Positions 17,658 to 26,569 of a DNA stretch of 64,000 bases are shown here, piece by piece. The stretch is from positions 1 to 64,000 of IMG/VR virus record IMGVR_UViG_3300015371_000007, one strand, 5' to 3'. The position numbers were made by a program, and so were the translations under genes. The first letter of the stretch is position 1. Every line of letters starts with the position of its first letter. Source of the DNA: a virus. A model generated the notes under the pieces. The model was not told where the DNA came from. It saw only the letters and a program-made list of their open reading frames with translations, and made no database searches.

Positions 17658-17948
17658 TCACCCTGTCTTTCGGCCGCAGTCGTCACAGACGCCATAGCCG
17701 TCGTCGGTGAAATAGCGCCACTCGTCGATGTGATGCGGATGGCTGTGGCAGATCGCGCAGCTCTCCGGCGGAATCGGCTCCCCTTTCTCTGCGGCCTCGA
17801 CCTGTGCATCGGTCGGGTCCACGATCAGCGTCGGCGCGCCATACCCTACGCGCCGTATTTCAACGCCGCTCACACGGTCGAGCAGCACGCACTCGTTGAG
17901 ATCGTCCCCGGTGGTGTAGACCCGGCCGGCGTAGATGGCGAGCATCAT
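17658..17948 (-). CDS. Hypothetical Zn-finger protein
   Basis: CAIC...CDDC; GGAGG RBS. Confidence 0.6.
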   Translation of the reverse strand: MMLAIYAGRVYTTGDDLNECVLLDRVSGVEIRRVGYGAPTLIVDPTDAQVEAAEKGEPIPPESCAICHSHPHHIDEWRYFTDDGYGVCDDCGRKTG

Positions 17949-17960
17949 GCCGGCCTCCGG

Positions 17961-18287
17961 TTAGTGTTTGGTGTCGGTGTCATCGGTCCTTGGTCCTCTT
18001 TCTGGACGTGACTCCGGATTCCCCAAGTGCAAGACATCGGTTCCCGCCAGTGTCGCCCCGAGGGTTTCCGCGAAGTGCTGCGCGCAGATCAGGCAGTAGA
18101 TCGGAATGCCTACGGCGAGCACGCGCGGGCCGACGTTCAGCTCCATCTTGCAGGCGGTGCAGGGGCGCGTTTCGGCTCCGTCGCGGTAGAGCGCCGGCAA
18201 GGTAATCTCCGGCGCGATGCGGCGGAGCAATTCGCGCTGGCCTTCGGCAAGCGGGAAGGCCACGGCGATTGGCTCAATCTTGGGCAT
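17961..18287 (-). CDS. Hypothetical Zn-finger protein
   Basis: CTAC...CLIC. Confidence 0.6.
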   Translation of the reverse strand: MPKIEPIAVAFPLAEGQRELLRRIAPEITLPALYRDGAETRPCTACKMELNVGPRVLAVGIPIYCLICAQHFAETLGATLAGTDVLHLGNPESRPERGPRTDDTDTKH

Positions 18288-18366
18288 AGGGCACCCGGTG
18301 TGAGTCCGTCAAGGGCTACTATAGTCGTTTTACTAGGGATGCGCTGGGTCTTTACTAGCCTTGCGG

Positions 18367-18723
18367 CTAGTGGGTCTTCGGCGGCGGGCAGGTTTCGCAC
18401 CGCCCGAGGTGCAGAAAGCGGACGCCGTAGCCGAGGTGTTTCCCGCAGGTTTCGCACACGTCTTCCGCCACCTCCCATAGATGGCCGGGTTCGGGCTGGG
18501 GCTGGTCGGCCTCGGTGAAGACGTATTCAATGAGGTAGGCCAAATACCGCGCGTTGTTGGCCTGGCCGAGCGCGCGGTCGATGCGCGCCAAGTTGGGCGC
18601 GACGATTTGCCGCTCAACCTCAGCGGCAAACCGTCCCGTCCCCCGCAGCTCGCGCCAGAGCACAAGCGCCTGCTCGATTTCGGCCTCGGTGAGAAACTGC
18701 GGCAGCGTAACGTGGTTCTTCAT
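18367..18723 (-). CDS. Hypothetical protein (MKNHVTLPQF...)
   Basis: C-terminal part of track ORF 18367..19167; CETC motif twice. Confidence 0.55.
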   Translation of the reverse strand: MKNHVTLPQFLTEAEIEQALVLWRELRGTGRFAAEVERQIVAPNLARIDRALGQANNARYLAYLIEYVFTEADQPQPEPGHLWEVAEDVCETCGKHLGYGVRFLHLGRCETCPPPKTH

Positions 18724-18740
18724 TGTGTGGCCTATCGTCC

Positions 18741-19241
18741 TCAGCGCGCGTCCTCGTAGCAGTCGGTGCAGTTGGCTTTGCCGCAGCCGTACTCGACGCC
18801 AGCCTTGCGCTGTTTCCCGTCTGGTACGGGATACGTCCGGTCGATCTTGATCTTCTCCCATACGTCGCTCGCGCGCTCGAACAGCTCGTTGAGCTGCTCG
18901 CGCGTCAGGTCCATCGACGCCGCGATCTTGCCGTAGTCCTCGTCCCGCAGCACGGTGTCGGCAATCTCGCAGATCAGGCGCGGGAACTGAATCGCGTTGT
19001 TGCGCCAGTTGGTATCGGGGTCGGACGACACTCTCGGGTCCTCGATCTCGACCGGATAACACAGCGCGCCGCAGTCGTCGTCCGGGCACTCGCCGGCCGG
19101 ACAGGGCACGCCGGGACCAATCCGCTGCGTCAAGTCCGCGATGTTGTGGAGCTGGTCGAACGTCCACACCTCCTCGCAGTTCCCGCAGACGTATTGATCC
19201 GGCCCGCCGTCCTCGCGCTCCATCTTCAGGGTGCTGCTCAT
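18741..19241 (-). CDS. Cys-rich hypothetical protein
   Basis: CGNC...GVPCPAGECPDDDCGALCY; GAGGAGG RBS. Confidence 0.65.
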   Translation of the reverse strand: MSSTLKMEREDGGPDQYVCGNCEEVWTFDQLHNIADLTQRIGPGVPCPAGECPDDDCGALCYPVEIEDPRVSSDPDTNWRNNAIQFPRLICEIADTVLRDEDYGKIAASMDLTREQLNELFERASDVWEKIKIDRTYPVPDGKQRKAGVEYGCGKANCTDCYEDAR

Positions 19242-19242
19242 C

Positions 19243-19416
19243 TCAAACCTCCTCGCAGTGCTCGCACGCCGAGCACCCGTAAAACGTCGCCGGCCGCGCG
19301 CGGCGGGACACCTCGCCCCAGCCGCTCACGACCGTTTCGGTGATAGTGCCGTGCTCTTTCGTCATCGTGCCGCCGCACGATGGGCACGGCTTAGTCGGCG
19401 GATTCGTTGGCGTCAC
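19243..19416 (-). CDS. Small Zn-ribbon protein
   Basis: CPSCGG...CSACEHCE. Confidence 0.5.
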   Translation of the reverse strand: MTPTNPPTKPCPSCGGTMTKEHGTITETVVSGWGEVSRRARPATFYGCSACEHCEEV

Positions 19417-19606
19417 GTTCGTCCTCGTCCTTGTCAAAGGTGTCGAACGGCGCGCCGACCGCCTGTCGGATGACCGCCTCGCCGCCGGCCTGCAACTCGC
19501 TGACGCGGCGGCGCAGGCCGTCCATGATTTCCTCGGTGCTCGCCCGAGTGGCGTCCTCACTCAATGCCTCGAACGCCAGCGTGTAGGCGTGGTTGTATGT
19601 CGTCAT
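19391..19606 (-). CDS. Hypothetical protein
   Basis: MTTYNHAYTLAFEALS..., coupled to the upstream gene. Confidence 0.6.
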   Translation of the reverse strand: MTTYNHAYTLAFEALSEDATRASTEEIMDGLRRRVSELQAGGEAVIRQAVGAPFDTFDKDEDERDANESAD

Positions 19607-20286
19607 CAGAACACGACGATTTCGCGGATGTCCTCGTAGCGCACGCGCTCGCGGCGCTCGGGGGTGAGCGGTTCGTAGGTGTCGGTGTCCAGCTCCACAA
19701 CCTCGATGCCGGCCGCGGGGACGTGCGCGCGGGCCTCACCCTCGCGCCTGTCCTCGATCCACTGCCACTGCTTCATCCGCACGGGCCGCGACCGGCCGTC
19801 TGCGGTCGTTAAGAGAAAGTTGACGCTCATCAGCTTCTCCAGGCCGAAGCCGGTGGTGTCCCAATCGCTCTCCGCGGCGAACGCCAGCATCCAGCCGCAC
19901 CACGGCCGTTCGTTCAGAAACGCGGGCGACGGCCTGTAGGTGAAGCGGTTCGCCAACAGATCCCCCTCGGCCACAAACTCGCCGGCCTTGAGGTCGTAGC
20001 GCGTCGAGCGTTCGTACTCGGTGTCGCCGCGCTCGTCAACGACGAACGACGTGATTTCGTCGGCGTACTCCGCGTACTCGATGTGGCCCAGGCCGTCCAC
20101 GTCCACGCCGATTTCGCGGTCGCAGTGCTCGCGCGGCCGGAGCTGCGTTTCGACCTGTTCAAAGGCCGCGCGCTGACTCGTCGCCTTCACGCCGGTCACT
20201 TTGATCCGTACCGTGACGTAGGCGTGAACGTCGTACTCGTTCAGGGCGGTCCCGTCTGCCAACGGGGGTGTTTGCTGTTCTTCCAT
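19606..20286 (-). CDS. Hypothetical protein
   Basis: 226 aa; AGGAGAAGGTGA RBS. Confidence 0.65.
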   Translation of the reverse strand: MEEQQTPPLADGTALNEYDVHAYVTVRIKVTGVKATSQRAAFEQVETQLRPREHCDREIGVDVDGLGHIEYAEYADEITSFVVDERGDTEYERSTRYDLKAGEFVAEGDLLANRFTYRPSPAFLNERPWCGWMLAFAAESDWDTTGFGLEKLMSVNFLLTTADGRSRPVRMKQWQWIEDRREGEARAHVPAAGIEVVELDTDTYEPLTPERRERVRYEDIREIVVF

Positions 20287-20404
20287 GTCACCTTCTCCTT
20301 ATGGAGCGTTGCCTAAACGCTCTCCACGGCCCCCGAAGGGGCCGAGGGCAGCATTCACGCTACTCGTTTTGCGTCGTGCGGCGCGCGTCCGGTAGTCTGC
20401 CGGC

Positions 20405-20656
20405 ATGGCCGTTAACATCCCGACCACGAAACCTCCGAATCAGCCGCCCGAACAGTACTGTGGCAACTGCGAGTACTGGGATCCGAATCCGATCCCGACG
20501 CAAGGGCGCGGCTACTGCCGGCGCCGTCCGCCCTCGATGCCCCCGCCGTCCGTGCGGGGCGGGGACGTCCTGACGTGGACGTGGCCCGTCACGGCCCAAC
20601 CCGACTGGTGCGGCGAGTGGGCGGGGGAGCTGACCGTGAACGCGCTGCCCGCCTAG
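20405..20656 (+). CDS. Small Cys-rich protein (possible Fe-S/Zn binding), inverted relative to neighbours
   Basis: CGNCEYW...GYCRRRPP...WPVTAQPDWCGEW. Confidence 0.65.
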   Translation: MAVNIPTTKPPNQPPEQYCGNCEYWDPNPIPTQGRGYCRRRPPSMPPPSVRGGDVLTWTWPVTAQPDWCGEWAGELTVNALPA

Positions 20657-20661
20657 TCGCG

Positions 20662-20859
20662 CTACTCGCACTCTAGGCTGACCTTGTAGCCGCCAATCGT
20701 GGGTTGGGTGGCGCCGAACGCATTGGCTTTCAGCTCCCCCGTGCACGTGGTCGAGCGGCCGGCCGCGCGCACGGCCGGCGTGAACGAGTTGAGCGTGAGC
20801 GCCAGCAGGCACGCCGCGATGAGGGTCAGGACGATCTTGGTGTAGAGGTCTGTTTTCAT
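20662..20859 (-). CDS. Small secreted/membrane protein
   Basis: MKTDLYTKIVLTLIAACLLALTL...PAVRA signal-like N-terminus. Confidence 0.6.
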   Translation of the reverse strand: MKTDLYTKIVLTLIAACLLALTLNSFTPAVRAAGRSTTCTGELKANAFGATQPTIGGYKVSLECE

Positions 20860-21092
20860 GGTTGCTGTTCCTTTTCTTGTCGGTTGATGCGCTGGCGCGC
20901 CCTGCGCCTGCGCCGGCACTCGTTCACGGCCTGCCGCTGCCGTTCGTCGTCGTCTACCATGATCGGCGCGACCTCGCGTGCCGCGCGGCGCTGGTCCCGA
21001 TGCAGCGAGCTGTGCCCGCGATAGCTGGACAGGTCAGGCGCGCTGCCTTGGCGGTGCAGCGCGGCTGACCATGCCACCTCGAACGCGCTCAC
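20856..21092 (-). CDS. Hypothetical protein
   Basis: Overlapping start/stop with both neighbours. Confidence 0.4.
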   Translation of the reverse strand: MSAFEVAWSAALHRQGSAPDLSSYRGHSSLHRDQRRAAREVAPIMVDDDERQRQAVNECRRRRRARQRINRQEKEQQP

Positions 21093-21514
21093 GACGCCGC
21101 AACCGGCGGGATTGCCACCTCGGTGCAATACCACTCGGTGCCCTGTTCGTCGCCGCGACTCTCGCACCACTCCATCAGCTCGTCCAGCTCGGTCGGGATC
21201 GCGTCGTCAGCGTAGTCGGCCTCGTCCTCGTGGCCGATGGTCAGGTACTCGACCAGGGCGGCGTACGCCTCGGTGGTCGTGCGGTGCAGCGTGATGCCGT
21301 TGACGCCGTGCTTCGCCGTGGACACGTAGAGCGCCACGACGGTGCCGGTCGCGCCGATCAGCCCCAGCGGCGCCAGCGGCACGAGCTGCTTGCTATGGCG
21401 CGGGACCGTGACGTACGAGAATGTGACTTCGCGGGCGGCGTCGTCCAGCCACCGCAGGAGGATGTCTCCGACTTTGGTCTGCGACACTTCCAACGCAACG
21501 GCTTGCGTCTTCAT
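21089..21514 (-). CDS. Hypothetical protein
   Basis: 141 aa, coupled. Confidence 0.6.
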   Translation of the reverse strand: MKTQAVALEVSQTKVGDILLRWLDDAAREVTFSYVTVPRHSKQLVPLAPLGLIGATGTVVALYVSTAKHGVNGITLHRTTTEAYAALVEYLTIGHEDEADYADDAIPTELDELMEWCESRGDEQGTEWYCTEVAIPPVAAS

Positions 21515-22356
21515 GGCTGCACTCCACTCCCGCTACACACTGGACACGGCTCGATGAGACTGCCGCCCGCGATGCTGTGCGGGTCCGGTTCCTTGCGTCC
21601 GCTGCCGCCGCACACCTTGCAGTCGTGCGCCAGCTCGCCGGCCTCGACCTCGATGTCGGTCACGGTGCGATCTTCCTCGTCGTCGGTTTCCTGACTGACA
21701 AACTCTACGAGCGCATCGCCGCGCGTGGTGTCGTGATCCAGTAGCGACTCGCGCGTCAGCGCGTGCTTACTGCGGACGCGCCACACTTCCTTAATCGTGC
21801 CGGTGCAAGTGGCGAAGACGGTGTAGCGGTGGGGATAGTCGTCGCCTGGTGCCGGCGGCGCGGTCGTCGCCTCGGGCGGCGCTGACGGGCAGGGCCATGT
21901 CTCCCAACACTCGGCGCAGCGGGTGATGCCGTCCTCGTCGCCCGCGCAGGGCGTGTGTGCGGCCTCCGCCTCGTCGCCGTCGCCGCCGACGCCGTGCGCC
22001 GTCAGGATGTCGGTGAGCTGCTGCACGAGATCGGCACCGCTCACGTTCGCGCGCCACTGGCCGCGCTCGTTCACGAGTAGCGCCTGGATGGCCGGCAGCG
22101 CGCCGAAGCGGTCCAGCTCCTCGCGCGCGCGCGCCTGCCAGCGGTCGGCGCTCGTTTCCTCGTTGTCGTCGCGCGCATCGTCGTCGTAGTCCGGATCGGG
22201 GACGGTGATGGTCAGCTCGCGTCCGTGCTCGGTAAATGCGACGTCGGCCTCTAGGCCGTCGCTGACGCCGCGAAAGAGCACTTCCCGCACGCCGTCGAGC
22301 GTGACGCCGGCCGTGTCGGGGAATGCGGCCTTGACGGTGACGGTGATGAGTTTCAT
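21511..22356 (-). CDS. Mosaic hypothetical protein with C-terminal DnaJ-type CxxCxGxG zinc motif
   Basis: CAECWETWPC; CKVCGGSG...CPVCSGSG; GGGAGG RBS. Confidence 0.6.
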   Translation of the reverse strand: MKLITVTVKAAFPDTAGVTLDGVREVLFRGVSDGLEADVAFTEHGRELTITVPDPDYDDDARDDNEETSADRWQARAREELDRFGALPAIQALLVNERGQWRANVSGADLVQQLTDILTAHGVGGDGDEAEAAHTPCAGDEDGITRCAECWETWPCPSAPPEATTAPPAPGDDYPHRYTVFATCTGTIKEVWRVRSKHALTRESLLDHDTTRGDALVEFVSQETDDEEDRTVTDIEVEAGELAHDCKVCGGSGRKEPDPHSIAGGSLIEPCPVCSGSGVQP

Positions 22357-22895
22357 TTGTCCTCCCGCAGTCCGCAGGCGCGCTCTAGCTCGTAGCGGTC
22401 GGGACCGCACGGCGCGTCGTGCTCGGTGAATGTCTGGAACGTTGCCTTCGCTAACGCGAGCTTGGCGTGGAGGTCTTCGATCTCGTTCATGACGAACGCC
22501 AGTCGCGTGAGCATCGGCCGGTCCGCCAGTGCCTCGGCGCGGCGCTGATTACGTTCGCGCCGGCCGCTGAAGTACGCCGGGTTCTCGCGCTCGACCCACG
22601 CCACGTCCAGCGGGACGCTGGCCTCGGAGCGCACGAGCATCAAGCACACGCCGTCGCTGGAGCTGGCCTGCGACCGGACGTACGCGTCGTTCTTGATCTC
22701 GGTCCAGCCGTAGGCGCGCGACAACCGCCACTTCGTCCGCCCGCCCGGTAACTTGTCGAGCAGGCGCGTGGTGATCAGGTGGCCGTCGAGCGGGCGCAGC
22801 GCGTCAAGCACCCGCTCGGCGGTGTCCGGCTCGATCCGGCTCGTGATGAGCGCGGCGATCGTACTCGCGGAGTGTTTCGATACCATCGTTGTCAT
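22353..22895 (-). CDS. Hypothetical protein
   Basis: 180 aa, coupled. Confidence 0.6.
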   Translation of the reverse strand: MTTMVSKHSASTIAALITSRIEPDTAERVLDALRPLDGHLITTRLLDKLPGGRTKWRLSRAYGWTEIKNDAYVRSQASSSDGVCLMLVRSEASVPLDVAWVERENPAYFSGRRERNQRRAEALADRPMLTRLAFVMNEIEDLHAKLALAKATFQTFTEHDAPCGPDRYELERACGLREDK

Positions 22896-22907
22896 CCTTC
22901 GCGTCCC

Positions 22908-23351
22908 TTAGAACCTCAACCTTGTCGGACGGCTCGGAACGGCGATGCTGTCCAGGTTGTCGCGGTCGCGGCCCGCATTGCGCTCGGTATAGCTCGGAGG
23001 CACGACGCGCAGCACGTAGCCGCGCGGATCGCCTTGACTGAGAAGAATCCAGCCCGCCGGCAGCACGCCCTTGGCCCGCTGCTCGGCGCGGTAGTCCTCG
23101 ATACGAATGCGCGGGATGCGCTCGTGCGGCTCGGCGGCGTTGGCGCGCACGCGGTGATCGCAGAGGCATGGCCCGCCCGTCGTCGCGGGGCACGGCACGC
23201 GGTCCCGATTGACGTCCGCCGAGCTGCATTCCAGTTCGGCAATCCGCTGCATCGTCGTCGCCGCGCGGAGGAGTACGCGGATCGTTGGCAGGTCGAGGCC
23301 GTTCCGCGTCATGGTGGAAACGAAGTGATCGCGCTCAGCGGCGTAGCTCAT
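22908..23351 (-). CDS. Phage early hypothetical protein with GDPRG motif
   Basis: TMQRIAELEC...SQGDPRGYVLRV; first gene of the left arm. Confidence 0.65.
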   Translation of the reverse strand: MSYAAERDHFVSTMTRNGLDLPTIRVLLRAATTMQRIAELECSSADVNRDRVPCPATTGGPCLCDHRVRANAAEPHERIPRIRIEDYRAEQRAKGVLPAGWILLSQGDPRGYVLRVVPPSYTERNAGRDRDNLDSIAVPSRPTRLRF

Positions 23352-23415
23352 GGCGCGCCCCTGAGAGTCGTGGTTGTCACCGGATGCCTGCCTTGTCACT
23401 GGTCGCGGAAGTGCG

Positions 23416-23495
23416 ACTAGTAAACCATACGCCTCTCGTTTTCTGAAGTCAACTTTACTAGTAAAGTTGACATTGGCTGGCGCGCGGCGCATACT
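23416..23495. promoter_or_regulatory. Back-to-back divergent sigma70 promoters built on a 24-bp palindrome
   Basis: GTCAACTTTACTAGTAAAGTTGAC (23448-23471); rightward TTGACA-N17-CATACT; leftward TTGACT-N17-TATGGT. Confidence 0.85.
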
Positions 23496-23514
23496 CGCGG
23501 GAGAGGTGACAGGC

Positions 23515-23889
23515 ATGGCGACAACGACAGTATTTGCAGAGCGCGGGACGCCGCTATGGGACCGCGTGTGGGCGCTCCTGGCCGGCGATGTCGGCGGCGA
23601 CACCGCGCAGGAATGCGCGTGTTGCGGCGAGCGGTGGCAGTACATGGGAACGTACGTCGAGCACGGCAAGTCGGCGCACGAGTTCCGGCACCGGCACAGC
23701 CCGGGGACGGGGAATCGGGAGTACCGGCGCTTCATCGAGGACACCGCCGCCGGCACGACGACGCAGGCCACGGCCATCGTCTATCCGCCGCGCACCGGGG
23801 CGGCGCACGAGCTGCGCCCCTTGCTCGCGCAGCTCTCGGAGGAAACCGTCGCTCTGCTCCGGGCCGTCGTGCCTGGCTTGGGGGAGTGA
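23515..23889 (+). CDS. Hypothetical protein
   Basis: GAGGTGA RBS; CACCGERWQYMGT...HEFRHR. Confidence 0.65.
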   Translation: MATTTVFAERGTPLWDRVWALLAGDVGGDTAQECACCGERWQYMGTYVEHGKSAHEFRHRHSPGTGNREYRRFIEDTAAGTTTQATAIVYPPRTGAAHELRPLLAQLSEETVALLRAVVPGLGE

Positions 23890-24353
23890 TGGGGTACTGC
23901 TACTGCGCGCGCACCGGCCGGCTGGCGTGTGACGCCTGCGGGACCGCGAACGGGAAGGTCCGGAAACGGACCTGCCCGCATCGCATCGTGTACGCCGACG
24001 GCGGCAGCGCGCCCTACTGCTCGCCGCCTGCGCTCTGTCCGGAGTGCTACGCCACGCATCGGCCCACGCTGCACGTTGACTGCAAGGACGGCGCAGCTCG
24101 GGCGATGCAGCGGGAGGCCGAGCGCGGCGCGCGCTTCGCCTCGGGCGACTTCGAGGTCCGCACGGCGTGGGGCGCTGGCCCTGCGCTCGGCACGTCGCGC
24201 GTCGAGGTGCCGGCGGGACTGGTCGGCGTGCGCTTCGCCAACCGCGCGGGCGCGGAACGCTTTCACTTGCTGGCGAAAGATCGCTACGCCGGCCAGGGCT
24301 GGCTCAGCGACTATGCGCCGGCGGAGCTGGCCGCGTGGGACGCCAAACCCTAG
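23889..24353 (+). CDS. Cys-rich hypothetical protein
   Basis: GRLACDACG...VRKRTCP...YCSPPALCPEC; TGATG coupling. Confidence 0.65.
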   Translation: MGYCYCARTGRLACDACGTANGKVRKRTCPHRIVYADGGSAPYCSPPALCPECYATHRPTLHVDCKDGAARAMQREAERGARFASGDFEVRTAWGAGPALGTSRVEVPAGLVGVRFANRAGAERFHLLAKDRYAGQGWLSDYAPAELAAWDAKP

Positions 24354-24401
24354 GATTTGACAATCCTATGATTCGTGTTTTATACTGGCGGGCAGAGGTG
24401 A
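24353..24401 (+). promoter_or_regulatory. Promoter, copy 1 of a duplicated promoter/RBS module
   Basis: TTGACA-N18-TATACT; 23-bp identity GGATTTGACAATCCTATGATTCG with 25577-25599. Confidence 0.8.
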
Positions 24402-24869
24402 ATGCTTATGTCCGCCAGTGATTCCAGTTCCGTGCTCCCGTCTGATCCGTTCGATCAACTCCTGTCGCGCCTCATCGGCCTGCCCAACGGCGCGCACACA
24501 CAGCCCACGGTCGTGCAATCCGTCGATTTCTACGGGAACGTCACCAGCTACATGGTGCAGACCGTGAAGGCACCGCAGCGGCCGGCCGTCGATGCGCGTA
24601 AGGGCGCGCTCGTGGAGGAAGGGCTGACCGTGTTCGTGACTCAGGTGAACGCCTCGGGCAGCTCGCGCTACATCCTGCCGGCGGCGGTGCTGCGCGCGAT
24701 TGACCGGCAGCGGGACGCGACGACGACGCAGATCCGCCGCCGGCACGGCAAGCGCCTCGCGGCGGAGCGCGTAGGCGGGGCCAACCCCTTCACGCCGGAG
24801 ATGCGCGCCAAGGCGCTGGCGACTCGCCGTCGCAAGGCGGCGCAGCGCGCCAAGCGGAGGGCACGATGA
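24402..24869 (+). CDS. Hypothetical protein (start 24402 or 24408)
   Basis: Follows a promoter and GAGGTGA RBS. Confidence 0.65.
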   Translation: MLMSASDSSSVLPSDPFDQLLSRLIGLPNGAHTQPTVVQSVDFYGNVTSYMVQTVKAPQRPAVDARKGALVEEGLTVFVTQVNASGSSRYILPAAVLRAIDRQRDATTTQIRRRHGKRLAAERVGGANPFTPEMRAKALATRRRKAAQRAKRRAR

Positions 24870-25048
24870 CGAAGCGCGGCTACTCGCGCGACTTCACGCC
24901 GCACGGCGACACCGGACGCCGGTATCTCTTGGATGAGATACCGGCGGGCCTGTGGGCGGCAGGCAAGGGGAAGGCGAAGCGCGAGGGGGGGAGCCTGCGC
25001 GCGCTCATCCTCCGTCTGTTGACCGATTGGCTGGCACAGAAGGATTGA
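24866..25048 (+). CDS. Ribbon-helix-helix DNA-binding protein
   Basis: YLLDEIPAGLWAAGKGKAKREGGSLRALILRLLTDW. Confidence 0.7.
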   Translation: MTKRGYSRDFTPHGDTGRRYLLDEIPAGLWAAGKGKAKREGGSLRALILRLLTDWLAQKD

Positions 25049-25053
25049 ATCCG

Positions 25054-25239
25054 ATGACTCAGACACTCAAGTGCAAGAAATGCGGGAAGGAGATCGGAGA
25101 GCTGGAAGCGTTCCCCGGCACGATCTGTCTGGCGTGTCACGCGAAGGCGTTCGACGCCTCGCCGGAGGAGATGCACCGCACCATCGTTGACGTGTTCCAG
25201 AAGGGGAAAGCCATCAACACACGGCGGAGGCCGCGATGA
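25054..25239 (+). CDS. Small Zn-finger protein
   Basis: CKKCG...EAFPGTICLACH. Confidence 0.6.
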   Translation: MTQTLKCKKCGKEIGELEAFPGTICLACHAKAFDASPEEMHRTIVDVFQKGKAINTRRRPR

Positions 25240-25553
25240 TCTACACACACAAGGTACATGGGTGGACGCGCCGGAGCCTCGGGGACGGCACGAGCCGCGT
25301 CGAGGTGATTCCGACCGATGGGAGCGGCACGCGCGTCGTGCGGTTCCTGTCGGCGCATTCGTGGGCCAACGATCCGCACGACGACACCGCGAAGCAAGGG
25401 GAGGATCGGGTCGTGCTGATCGACGGGCCGGAGCTGCCGGCGTGGGCGCTGGCGTGGCTGGCCGGCGCGAACGCGCGCCAGTGCGAACAGTCGCGGGCGG
25501 CGCTGCGCTCGGCCCTGGACGACGCCGACCGGAACTCGTGGGGCGGCTGGTAG
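25236..25553 (+). CDS. Hypothetical protein
   Basis: GGAGG RBS, coupled. Confidence 0.6.
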   Translation: MIYTHKVHGWTRRSLGDGTSRVEVIPTDGSGTRVVRFLSAHSWANDPHDDTAKQGEDRVVLIDGPELPAWALAWLAGANARQCEQSRAALRSALDDADRNSWGGW

Positions 25554-25565
25554 GCATTCGAGTTG

Positions 25566-25625
25566 CGCGAATCATGGGATTTGACAATCCTATGATTCGC
25601 GTGTAAGCTAATTGGCAGAGGTGAC
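25566..25625 (+). promoter_or_regulatory. Promoter, copy 2, inside a 36-bp imperfect inverted repeat
   Basis: TTGACA-N17-TAAGCT; CGCGAATCAT...ATGATTCGCG. Confidence 0.8.
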
Positions 25626-25628
25626 GTT

Positions 25629-25814
25629 ATGAGTGGATTTGGTTTCGTGTTCTCGTTCCTGTGGATGACCTCGCTCATCGTGGCGACGGTCACGGCGGTC
25701 AACCATGAGGCGGATAACATGCTGATGCCGCCGCCGTATCGGTACGCGTGGATGCTGGTGTTCGGCAGCGTGGCGGCGATGGTCGGCCTCGTGGGGATCG
25801 CGGTGTTCGCATGA
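25629..25814 (+). CDS. Two-TM small membrane protein
   Basis: Two hydrophobic helices; own promoter and RBS. Confidence 0.6.
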   Translation: MSGFGFVFSFLWMTSLIVATVTAVNHEADNMLMPPPYRYAWMLVFGSVAAMVGLVGIAVFA

Positions 25815-25848
25815 TCACCGTGACCCTGACCGACGAAGGCGGCGCGCG

Positions 25849-26241
25849 ATGACTGCCCCGGTGTCGCTGACCGCCCTGCTCGATCTCCTGCACGATCACG
25901 CCTCAGCGTGGGAAGGCGAGGAGGATTCCGTGCGGGAGGAGCACGCCGAGCTGATCGACCGGACGCGCGGGCTGCTCGCGGCGGCGGCGGTGCCGTTCCA
26001 CGAGCTGCCCCCGGTGGAGTGGGCGGCGCGCTTCGACGCGATGCCGCACCAAGAGGCCGTCAACGCCGAGCGCACGGCGGCGACGGTGGCGCAGATGGCC
26101 GCGCGGGCGGCGGCGTACCTGTCGGTCCGCACGTTCCACGGTGGGACGCACGTTGAAGCGGTGAAGCGGCAGAACGCCGTCGTCCGTGGCGTCCGCAAGG
26201 CGCTCGGCTTCGCGTACCCCGACGACCCGCACACCTTCTGA
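25849..26241 (+). CDS. Hypothetical protein
   Basis: 130 aa. Confidence 0.6.
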   Translation: MTAPVSLTALLDLLHDHASAWEGEEDSVREEHAELIDRTRGLLAAAAVPFHELPPVEWAARFDAMPHQEAVNAERTAATVAQMAARAAAYLSVRTFHGGTHVEAVKRQNAVVRGVRKALGFAYPDDPHTF

Positions 26242-26251
26242 GGCCACGATC

Positions 26252-26560
26252 ATGCTCTGTCCACACTGCCGGCATTCAGACGGACTGCACAGCCGCCCCT
26301 CGCCTGACGGGCGGGCGGCTGACGGGCGACTGCTCGCGCCCGACTACCAGGCCGGCCAGTGTGGGCAGTCGCACCGGGAGGCGGACGGCACGATCACACC
26401 GTGCGCCTGCCCCGGCTGGTATCCCCACACGACGACGATGGAGCTGGTGGCGGCGACGATGCGCGCGCGGGCGGAGCACACTGCGGTGGCAGACGCCCCG
26501 TTCTCGCTGACCCCGCCGCTGGCGCGCGCGCCGCGCGGCTCGCAAGGCAATCTGTTCTGA
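26252..26560 (+). CDS. Cys/His-rich protein ending in a beta-clamp-like motif
   Basis: CPHCRH...CACPG; C-terminal QGNLF. Confidence 0.55.
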   Translation: MLCPHCRHSDGLHSRPSPDGRAADGRLLAPDYQAGQCGQSHREADGTITPCACPGWYPHTTTMELVAATMRARAEHTAVADAPFSLTPPLARAPRGSQGNLF

Positions 26561-26569
26561 GGTGACACG

